Of a stretch of 64,000 nt of DNA, positions 10,501 through 22,500 are shown in pieces. Every line of letters begins with the position of its first letter. Position 1 is the first letter of the stretch. The notes under the pieces are model-generated. The model did no database searches. It was not told the origin of the DNA and worked only from the letters and a program-made list of their open reading frames with translations. Position numbers and translations under genes: made by a program. This stretch comes from Acanthaster planci (lineage: Eukaryota): assembly GCF_001949145.1 (NCBI RefSeq), contig NW_019091357.1:370801-434800 (forward strand), read 5' to 3'.

Positions 10501-13500
10501 TTCTTTCACTCCTAGAACTCAACTTTTCATAAAAGGACAATTCTTGCACCCCAAGGGTTCTTTTATTGCAAACATGTCCCTTTATTACCCAGTTGGTAAA
10601 TATTGGTGACAGGGTGTTCTCTACATCTGCAGCAGGAAGAACCCTTTCACTACGGGGTTGCCTAATGGACCTCTACGGAGACAGACTTCAACTAATGATG
10701 CCCCAATATCAACTACAAGTGGTGTTCCTTGGTGCATGAGACATCCCTTTAAAGATGATTTTTTTTTCTGCTAGAGTGCAGGGTATGCCTCACTGAATTG
10801 TCAGACCTCTAGGAGAGTGGGCAAACTCTCCAGAGGACATTGATCGTTCAATCTCCTACATCCCTCTCTTTATCCATGTCCATCTCCAATTACAGCCTCT
10901 CAACAACCTTTACCCCTTCCTACATCCCTCGACTGGTACANNNNNNNNNNNNNNNNNNNNNNNNNNNNNNNNNNNNNNNNNNNNNNNNNNNNNNNNNNNN
11001 NNNNNNNNNNNNNNNNNNNNNNNNNNNNNNNNNNNNNNNNNNNNNNNNNNNNNNNNNNNNNNNNNNNNNNNNNNNNNNNNNNNNNNNNNNNNNNNNNNNN
11101 NNNNNNNNNNNNNNNNNNNNNNNNNNNNNNNNNNNNNNNNNNNNNNNNNNNNNNNNNNNNNNNNNNNNNNNNNNNNNNNNNNNNNNNNNNNNNNNNNNNN
11201 NNNNNNNNNNNNNNNNNNNNNNNNNNNNNNNNNNNNNNNNNNNNNNNNNNNNNNNNNNNNNNNNNNNNNNNNNNNNNNNNNNNNNNNNNNNNNNNNNNNN
11301 NNNNNNNNNNNNNNNNNNNNNNNNNNNNNNNNNNNNNNNNNNNNNNNNNNNNNNNNNNNNNGACTGGTACTCCTCCCATTCCTTTATACTCCCCCTTCCT
11401 GTACACCCCTCCTTACACCCTCTCTACACCCCTCTAAACACTCTCTCTGCACATCTCCCTACGCTCCCCCACATCCCTATCTTCATCCCTATATCCCCTC
11501 TACCCACCTTGGAAGCAAAGCTCTTTGTCCCTGTGGAGATGTCATTCAGTAGTCGTCCGTCTTGCATCTTTTCTTTGGTGGGTTTGACCACAGCTTCATT
11601 TACTTTTGCAGCATACTCTTGAGTCTGGAACAAATTAAAGCATATCCAAATTACAAACATCAAAATCATACGAAAACTAAAAACAGATTGTCAATGACAA
11701 ACTGGGGGAATAGGGTATGTAGGAGTTGTAATCTCTGAATCATATGTTATACATTATTACATGTCTACCGATCTTCACTCGCACTTGGCAACTGCATTAA
11801 ATAAAAATGAACATCTGTAAGGATGTTGTTCAAAGGTACTGAGACCAAGGCTTTGAGAACGGCTCCCTGTAGAGATTTCTCTGGATATGAGCCAAACAGG
11901 AGAGTAATTAACACCAAATGAAGTGTGACTTCAACAAACATAAACATCTTATTTAATGAATAAATAAGCATACGATTATCAACCAATTGAGTTTGTCATG
12001 AGAGTTGTTTGAACAGCATAGATTAATAGCTATAATAGGAATATTCTACACTCATCACTTTTTAATCAAAGGCCAATCATGCATGACCTCTCAGAGACCA
12101 AAAATGGTTAATGCATCACTACAGGAGACTCAACATGAAAAAATGGAAGAGGGAAAAAAAAGAAGAAAAACTCGCCCAAAGCACAGGCTTGAATCCTTCC
12201 AACAGTCAACACAAAGCTATACAGTAAATGAGTGGAACAAGGATCCAAGAAATATAATATTTGTGTAAAATCTCTGTAGAATCTAAAGACCAAAAGCAAA
12301 TTATGTTATCCCCTTGCTCCTTTAATAACAACCTGCACACAGATGACTCACCTGTTCAGGCAATAACAAACAAACACCCAAATATTGTCAGCGTCTGATG
12401 ACATGTCTACCATATCAATGCAAGCAAATTCCAATCACAGAGAACAGGTCTACGTCTATTTTCCAATCAATTACAACAATATCAGAGATGCCTTCAACAT
12501 ATCTCACAATCACTGCACCTTTACCTTGGAATAAATTGGAAATTTTTAAAGTGTATGATCAAAAAAAAGATCTACTGCATAGAGGATAATCAGCGGACTC
12601 CATGAAAGAATGACAGCAATTTTACTGGATTCTCATTATTTAGACGTTGGGATTTGGAGTGCGAGTTTTTGTACACAAGGGAACAGGTTCATTAACATCT
12701 ACATGTACAATTGTTATAATTTGTGTCTACATTTTGAATCTTTTATTCAATATTCAAATTTATGTACTGTACATGTACATGTATGTGCACCTGTAACTTG
12801 CATTTAAACCAAGCTTTTGCAGCAACAAATCCTTGTCGAAATTTTTTTATATTAAGCAAAATTTGTTTATCTGTTTATAAATTGTTGATTTTGGAAGAAC
12901 TCATGACACGTATTGCAACGTAACAGGTGCATCTGACTGTTTTTCATAATGTAAGAATTCAGAATGAGACATTTGCAAAGGAGGTTTTGTTGATCAATTG
13001 AAGTTCTTTTCAACCTACATGTAGCATTCGCCAGGGGACAATTGAATGTTTTGGCCTGATGCTATGGTAACCAGCCAGACATACATGTAAATTAAGGCCA
13101 AGACCTACAGAGTTTACAGAAGTCAGCCTTGTCACGGATTTGAATCCCAAACACCTGTGTCAAAATTTCAGTGATTCACCAGTCGAAGCTAAAGGCTTAA
13201 TGCAATTTAAACAAATGCTGACAATGGGTTGAGTACATGTAGTTTGCTGTTTGGACATACTGTCCATGTGCATTTACTCTATGCTTACAGTACAAGTTGT
13301 CAATTTTCAACCCCACAAATGCCTACGAAAAATAAATTGGAAGAATTCTAGATCGAATCTGTCGGGTTGAAATATTATCCAAGCAAACTTGGCCTTGAAC
13401 CTGTCAACTTCCTATTGGAGGCTATTCTGGTTGTGCCTCTAATCAATCAATATTTTGACATGAATTCACTGAATGAATAATTTCAACATTCCACAGATGC

Positions 13501-16500
13501 ACTGATGGCTGATTTCACCTCTATTCATCTGTGGGTTAGCCTGTCTGGACTCAGATGCAAATGGAACAAGCTTGCTTTTGAAGACCCAAGGAAAAAAGAC
13601 ACTTTGTAATGCTCAGAGGAAAAAAACTTGGCATGCACATGTACAGTCTAGAAAAAATATATCAGCCATCTTCACATGTTGGCATTGATCTGGAATTCAC
13701 TAGAGGTAAAGTTTATTACAAAGAACACAACACAACTTTTAACAGTGAAAGGATTATTTCCGACCATTAGTTTTCAGTGCATTCATGCATTTATGTGCTG
13801 CTATGCTAGTTTGACTCTGGTCCATCCTAACTGCAGTTTTTATTGGGTTGAAATCTAAGGCTAAATTCGGGTTGACAAGGGCTATTGGGCGTATTACACT
13901 GATAAAAGGTTTCTGTTGTCCACTGGGTCACAGACCGATAATCGATCAGGTCAGGCAAGTGACCCGTTTTTTGCTGACAAAGGCTCATGTTTTAGTTGAG
14001 AAAATGCTTACAGCCAATTGCTGGATCAGTTTCGTTGATCGGGCTGATTTGGTTTTGAAGTGAAAAAGAAAAATTACAGAAGCGCTGACAAGGAATATAA
14101 AACACAGACAGAGAAAAAGGGTAAGAGTTCCATACACAGACATGAGTAATATTTACTTGCTGTAGTTACCGGTAATTAGCCATCAGAAAGTGATAACATG
14201 TCCTAAGGTAAATTTAGCGCAGAAATGAAAATATTGAAGCACGACTTGGAAAACACTTCGAATTTTTCAGGCCAGTCTCAAAGGGTTTGTGCACAGGGTG
14301 TCAAGTGACATTTGGATACGGAACTATTTCCGTGAATACCACTTAATTGAAAAAGGCAAGCATTACATTTACATGCAACAATTCTTATAAAAGTGCAATT
14401 CTACAACACACAATGTGGTACACAGCAGCATGATTTTGAAATACTGTTTTTCTTCTATTCTGAAGATCATTTTCAACGATTCACCGCCAGTTTTGGACAC
14501 CTGACCTGAGGCAAAATTAATTTATACCCCTTCTCAATAATGCAGTGTGATGCCTGTGTGCCAGTCTAACAGAATGTTCTGAAGGTGCTATTACATTGAT
14601 CATGTCGATGGGAATGAATGCCGTATTAGAAAGTGTCAGCTTCAATCACAATGAGGATGATACATGTACATGTACGTGAACAGCATACTTGTACTAGTAT
14701 AATTACCACCATCCCACATGTGACGTTCGTTCAAGTGCATTTCCTCCTCAACGAAACTACCAAATTTATTTTGTCAACGTACATCCAAAACTCTCAAGAA
14801 AAAAACAAAAACACAAAAATCCAAACAGAACGAAACAAAAAAGTAACAAAATGAAACCGGCTAAAATCTAAACAAAACAAAACAGAAACAAACAAAAACA
14901 AAAGAAATAAATGAGATAGGTTTGCAGCCAGGGATATATCTCTTTTTGAGCATGTGGGGTTCTAAAAAGAACCGCTGGTAATCAACGTTTTGGAAGTATG
15001 TTTTGGCTGTCGTCAGGAAACTGAGAAATTAACACAAAATAATACAAAACAGCCAAAACTGGGGAACAAAGAAAGAAATATCTTAACATTTTAATTTGAG
15101 AGTGGTGCATTCCAGGATGTTGGTTACTTTCGTTCCACCACAAATATATAAAAAGGATCCTGGAACAGCTGCAACGTCAGTCATTGTCAGTTGTACATGT
15201 ACCCAAATTACTACAACTAGCAAACAAGGCAAAAGAGCCATACAAAACACAGGAAATGATGTCTCACCTTTTGTGATGCAGCAGAGCCGAACTTGACCGC
15301 CTGAAAGAACGGAAAACGTAAAAAGATAGAAAAATTACTTCACTGACATAAAACTCTTCTTGAGAGTGTTTCCCTGAGAGATTGAATATAGACTAAACAC
15401 ACTCTGTGTTATTACAGTGCAGCCTCCACAAAGCATCATGCGTGTAACCAGCTTGTTTCCCTACAGACAAAGACTGTACATGCATCCTGGGAAGGCTTGA
15501 AACACAAAGACAGTTTCCACAACAGGGAAGACAGCAAGATACTATGAATGTCAAAGATGTGATACACACTGCGGAGCTTTTTAATCTCAAACCAGTAAAG
15601 AATGACATGCTGTATGCAAACTGCTGTAATGAGCAAAACAGGAACAAACACGGGGAAAGCACCAATCAGATTCTTTGAAAGAAAAAAAAAACAACCCAAT
15701 CTTACTCCTCAGTGTGACAAGGTCAAACGTTTGCAATTTCGAACGGTGAATTAAAGCGGACAACTTAGCAAGTGTTCAATGAAACGGAGGGGGGTTGTCA
15801 ACAGCCTCCATGCTAACTGCATTACACAGCTCACCGAGAATATAAAATGATGCATTTCAGATTACAATGAAGGGACAAGGCACAGGGGGGGCACATATTA
15901 TTTACTGGGCACACCAAACATGTCAAACAAAGAGCGATGTTGATGAGTAAAAAAAAAAATTCAAGCCTAAAATATAAAGAGACATGTTTACTTTATGTGT
16001 TTGGTACTGTGTGGATTTTTGCTAAACACATGAATTTGCTTTAACATTTTAATCAACTCCTAAGCTCTCAGTTTGTAAAGGCGTACATTTATTAATTCTG
16101 ATCTTTAAAGGGGTGAGAGGAGGAAACGAAGAGAAATCCACAAACTATGAAGCAATTACATGTCAGGTGTAATACTGACAACAACTTTTCAGGGCATTTC
16201 ATAGCTGACAAGACTTGAGCTCTCTCTAAAGTGACCATGATTATGTGAATCTTGCACTTTTTATTTGTAGAAAGTGCAAAAAGTAGAATGATTAACCTCT
16301 AAAAAACTAGATTAGGGGGATCAACCTTGAAAAAAAATCCTTCGGTTTTCGGTTTGATCCAATAAAAAATAAGTACAATCCGTAATCTCACAGAGATCCT
16401 GTGAATAACAGACACTGTGACAGATGAAAATCAACCACAAACTAAATATCAAATTAAAACTAATTAGAACCAACCAGTCATTCCCATGTGGACCTTGTGT

Positions 16501-19500
16501 TGGTCCAGCTTTTGGAAAAGCAAACCTGAAACTTAAACTATGCCAGGTAAAAAAAATTCACTCATCAAAAATCAATCTTTCAATAACTTAGAGCTCCATG
16601 TTCGTCCACACAAAGTGTTGTAGCACAACACCATCTATCTACCTGTTGCAGTTGCAAGCTTGGCTTGTTGAGACCAACGCCGATGGAGGCTGCACCGTAG
16701 GCCTATGCCCATCCAACAAAATACTGGTCTGTTGCAAGGCACACACTGGTGATGGCGTGTTATCAGTTCACTAATCAGTTCACACTAACTGCATTTATGT
16801 GTCTAACAAGCAGGCAGCATTCTGAATCATTTGACCTGCTCCCAAAGAAACCGTTGAGGCTGGACAAAAGCAGTCCGAACAAGAAAAGCCAGGGGTTGGT
16901 TGATCCAAATCCCAATACAGATCAATATGCTATTAAGCAATCTAATCCTGCTGAATTCAACAGTCTCAATGGAGGCAGCACAACACACAAAGACCCAGCT
17001 ACACGTACAACGTACCGTCCACCTTGTGGATCTGTTGGGATCACTATTGGACGGTTGCGTTATCAAACCCTGCAATGTGAGCTGACTCAGTAAGCACCTC
17101 AACTCCTACCTCAGTCAGGGCTATATTTTACTGGTGGCTTGGCCTGCAATATCCAGATTTCTGTTTGCCAGATAAAATGGGCTGGAAATGAAAACGGACA
17201 GGGCTAACACCAGTATTTGCAGTCATGACAAAGAATTAGAGTCATGGCCTACATACATATACATGTAGGTCTGCTATCTTACTGTGGGAATATTAGCAGA
17301 GAAATGCAAGCAAATAATTGATTGGATTCAACCAGGTTTTTGCCGGGGGGGAAGAAATGATCGTTTTGCCGTAGAAGGCCTAATTTGGACAACCGTTTAA
17401 TTCAGTTTCATAGTTACTTGCAAAAGTCTTATGAGTACAGAGCACATATTGACATATTTCTTGAAATCCTGAATAAGTCAATTGTGCAGCTGTAGCTTTG
17501 ATTCTGTGCCATGTATAAAGATGTTACACTAAAATAAACAGGGCTGCTAGCCACACTCACAGAGTCTACATTGTATTTGACTGGTCTGCAGTGACTTCTA
17601 CATCCATAGGCTCAGTTTAATTTGATTTTTATGCAGTCTGCTTGATGCTTAGAATTTTGTGATGACAGACACATGAATTTTATAACTAAAATTTGCGTGT
17701 CACTGCTAAAAGGTGGGTACGAGAAATAAAAAAAAACATATGTCTAGTGGCAACGGACACTAAAGCGTTGAAAAAACTGCTCGAAATTGGAACATCTGGT
17801 CCAGAAATTCCAATAAACAATCAATATAAAAAATTGTAACCCATGTGGTTTCATTCACTCTTCATGTTACCTGTGGAAGCCATTTATGTATACTGTAAAT
17901 AGGGAAAGCATTGGATCATTCAATTAGATTTAGAGGGAATTCAAACAAAGATTGGCAAGGAACCTTTTAAGCGAAAAAATTCTTGATTCTAGGAAGTATA
18001 AGGTAACTGGAACCTTGAATCATTAAAGCTTTGAAGTGTTAAGACATTCATTGGAATTCCTGCTTCCAAAAAAAAAAGACTCTTGGAAAATGCAGCATGT
18101 TTGCTTGCTAATGGACATTTCCTCTTTTTTGACAAAAGAGGAAGTGAAAGATGTTTAGTACATGTACATCTGTCAGTTATCACTGCTTTCTTGACAAACA
18201 ACCTACATGTACAATGGCCTCATGGCTTTGCTAACATAAAGATTCCATAGGCGGCTTGTACCAGTATGCATCTACATGTATGGACAGATGACAGAATTTG
18301 TCTTCAACCATAGACAATAAATGGGAAACTTCATTTCCAAAAATAAAAATAATCAGAGCCAGAATTGCCTCAAAAAGAATGGTTNNNNNNNNNNNNNNNN
18401 NNNNNNNNNNNNNNNNNNNNNNNNNNNNNNNNNNNNNNNNNNNNNNNNNNNNNNNNNNNNNNNNNNNNNNNNNNNNNNNNNNNNNNNNNNNNNNNNNNNN
18501 NNNNNNNNNNNNNNNNNNNNNNNNNNNNNNNNNNNNNNNNNNNNNNNNNNNNNNNNNNNNNNNNNNNNNNNNNNNNNNNNNNNNNNNNNNNNNNNNNNNN
18601 NNNNNNNNNNNNNNNNNNNNNNNNNNNNNNNNNNNNNNNNNNNNNNNNNNNNNNNNNNNNNNNNNNNNNNNNNNNNNNNNNNNNNNNNNNNNNNNNNNNN
18701 NNNNNNNNNNNNNNNNNNNNNNNNNNNNNNNNNNNNNNNNNNNNTTAGGGTCTGTCTAAAAGGTAAACTGACTTCAAAAACTAGAGTATGATATCACAAT
18801 GGGCATGTCCAACTTGGTCAGGGTCTGTAAAACGTAAACCTGACATCAAAAACTAGAGTATGAAAACATAATGCGCATGTTCCTGTTCTGCAGAATCAGA
18901 ATGGTATCAAACGATTTCCTTCCTGCAATTCTCAAATCATCAATAGATTTAATTTTTCTTCAGGGGATATTTCAAGTTTTGCCTGCCTAAACCTTTGGTT
19001 CAGAAATTATTTTGTTCCCACGAAAATTACAGGATCTGTTTTAAAAATCTGATAAATCTCAGCTTTCAGCAGAGTAAGGTAAGAATGAGAGATCATATTC
19101 TTTTTTTCACACTGGGAAGAAAGGATGGAATGTTTCCAATGTACTAGAACCATCACAATCTTGCATGGCAATTAAAATGACAAAAAAAGCTGATATGTCC
19201 CAAATTTTTAAGAATTCAGAGTGAGATATCTTTAACAGGCAACTGCATAAAAACCTGCAGTTTAAGAAAGTAAGCTGCATATTTTATGTGCATGCTAAGA
19301 AAGTGGATCCAAAATATTGAACAAGCTGAGAGGCCTTGAGGATTCAGCTTTCTCACAGGAGTGCTGAACAATGATGTCCCAAGGAACATTCAGATAAGGA
19401 ACAGTGAGCAATTATGGTATCATCAGGCTGAAGGTAATTGAATTAAACCATGCTTTCTCGCCAATACTGTCTCATTATTGCAAAGTGTAATTACTAAAAT

Positions 19501-22500
19501 AAAGCCACTAAGTCCTAAGAAATACCAGGTTTGCTGCCATGTTGGAAAAAATCAATGGGTAGCAAAAATCATACATGAAATACTAAAAGGTGTCTAAAAT
19601 TGTATATTTAAAAAAATTTTAATCAAAAAAATTTGGGATTCATGCTATGAAAATCCAGTAGAAAGGAGAATTTCATGTAATTGTTTCTACATAAACACTG
19701 AAGACAGAGTGTTGAAAGAGACCTCATCTCTCAATCCCTAACCCGTGACTTTACAAGTAACTAAAAGCATAAAGTATCAAAAGGATATATGACAACTTAT
19801 TCCCAATAATTTATGAAAGGTTAAGTTGAATACGACAAAAGTCACAGGTTACTTTACTTTTCTAAAAGGATGGGGGGCCCACGATGGTCCTGCAGTAAAA
19901 TATGTTTTCAGGAATAAAATGTGGCCGACAGAAAAAAGATTGAAGTACAACTTCGTCCATGGAAGCATCACACATACATGTAGTTCAAGTCTTATAGACT
20001 CAGGCATGCAACTTGGACTTTGACAAAAACAAGGAAATCTTAATCTTTACAAGACTGTACACTGTTTGGGCAATTTTCAATGGCATGAGTGTGAAGTGAA
20101 AAATGTGGAAATAAGCTGATCCAAGGAAAACTTGCATGCCTGAATTCTGAGTAATAAAGGAAACAAAATTGCCTAAGTGAATGAGAGCAAGTAAGACAGC
20201 ATAATTATACAACCCAACACACCGTGACTGTACATTATAGTCTGAAAACAGAAAACAAAGGTCACCTCCACTCCAGGGCCCCTCTGGAAGGAACTTTGCC
20301 ATGTCATTAAATCTCAATTCATTAGTGGATTGAAACAGAGCCAGATTTACATGTAGCACTGATTGGCTTAACTGCAGGTCATTGGATTTCATTCTGTCAG
20401 TCAGTCATCCATAGCAACTACAGAATTCACATTAAGACGTCAAGCCATGCACAATGCCCATTGCTAAGATGGCAAGAAACTACGTCAACGTGTCACATGA
20501 CAACCAAAGTCATATGTATCAACCACAATTCGAATTAAATACATGCACGCCTCTTGCCTACCTTTCTCAGTCAACAGACAGTATCTGTTTCATGCAAGTC
20601 TCACTGCTACAAATCTGGGAGTGGGGCTTACAGGAGGAGGATATTCTAACTGAATTTTATAAACAGTACAAGTATGGTGCGGGTATAGACCTTTCCTTAC
20701 TGGATGAAGGACAGGGGTTTCTTGTCCTAGAATTGCTTAACCTCTCTTTAATCATAATTCCCAGTCCTTTCCAATGGTGCATGAGCTGGAAATACGCCAA
20801 GTCACATATACAAACTAGCAGTATACATGTACAATAAACAATTTCCACCGAGGGCTATTTTTTGGGCTAAGACACTCATAAATAATCTTAGGAAAAGACA
20901 CATGCATCCCTCCCTGCTGGGAAAACTCATCCATCTGACTGATACTCTCCTCCTTTTCGCTTCTAATGAACTCTTAAATTTTACACACTACATGTCATTG
21001 TTGATGATTGCACGCTGATGAATGATGTCGGCAAGGAGAGTCATTTTTACCGCCTCCTGCAAGAAGAAAGCTTAACAAAAATATGAGGTGGAGTAGGACA
21101 GAGGTGCCAGCAGAACCACCATGATATGAGAAAATTGAAAGGAGATGAAAAATGTCTTACAGGTGGGGAAGATAATTGAAAAAAGAGAAAAGGCCAAGGT
21201 GCATGCTTTGCTGAAAGATGGTTGATTTCAGATAGTGACCACAACATATGCAGAAACACTTTCAATTACCTTAATGTGGAACCTACCGTACCCTTATTAT
21301 GACGAAAACATGGGCTTGTAGTACAAATAAATCCCCCAATAAATTAACCTGTTGTTATTATCCATTGCCAAAAGAGTTTCAGGGCAAGCAGCACTATAGA
21401 TGAAATTGAAGAAATGGCACTACTGGTACACCTGGATTACAAATTCCGAATTGAATTTTCCCAACTGCTGAATCTAAAGAACAAAGTGACTGACTGCTTT
21501 GACGTGGATTGAGGAATTTTCAATGAAATAGTCTCACAAAACTGAAGAACATAATGCAACTAAATAAACTGGTACCATTCAGAGTGCTTTGCCTCCATTT
21601 AAATGTGAGTCTTTGTCTCTGAATATGTACATATAGGCCTACATGTGCATGTATGTGTTAAAGTGTTTGCACATGTCAGGGTTTGTCTCTCCTCTCCTGT
21701 GAGTAGATGTTATAGCCGGAAACATTGGAACACGAGACTCTTTGCAGAGAGAAATGACCGGCACAAGCTTACAGACTGCTACAGGCTCATAAGAAATACG
21801 GGACCAAAGTACACAGATGTTAGTCATGATGGCCGAGTAGACTACTGACATATTACACACTGGCTCAATAGGGCAGCCCTATTTCTAAGGAAGGAATAAA
21901 ATTATGTTCATTTTGACAGGAGTTTTCAATATTTTGGTGCAGCCGTTCAGGGAAAATACAAGTAAACTCTACATATGACCAACTGTCAGCCATTCTTCCA
22001 AAACTTTAAACAATCGAAGGGTTGAAATCTACCCAAAATGCAAAGAGCAGAAAGGCCTAAAAAATGATACAATTTTATTTTACCAGAGGGAATGTGCCAA
22101 TTTATCTGTGGTACTAATTTATAAAAACTGTGCCTTTCCAATATCGTATGGAAACTGATTAAAATTCAGTAGTGACAACTCTAAAATCTTCAATTTTCGT
22201 CTGATAAAATGGATTCTGAACTGACTCAACTCTGCTTGCAGACATTCAAGCAATTAGACGGTGATCCAAAAAATTGCAGTTTGTTGAAAAGCAATCTAGG
22301 CTTGCTGGCTGGGACAATCTCAGGGGAACATCTCTGAACAGGTGGCGTGAATTTAAACCAGTCAATTTATGGCATCTATGACACCACTGTTCTGGTACTT
22401 GACTACTGTGGTGCCAGTTACTCCTCCAAACTAATTAGTGTTTGATGAAGACAGGTGTAACGTTCTCCCCTTAAACAGTCAGGCTCTGGCTTTGACATGG

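Noticed and set aside
10840..11622. Long ORFs containing X runs (also 18298-18791 and 39324-39905)
   Set aside because: They are artefacts of translating through N-gaps.
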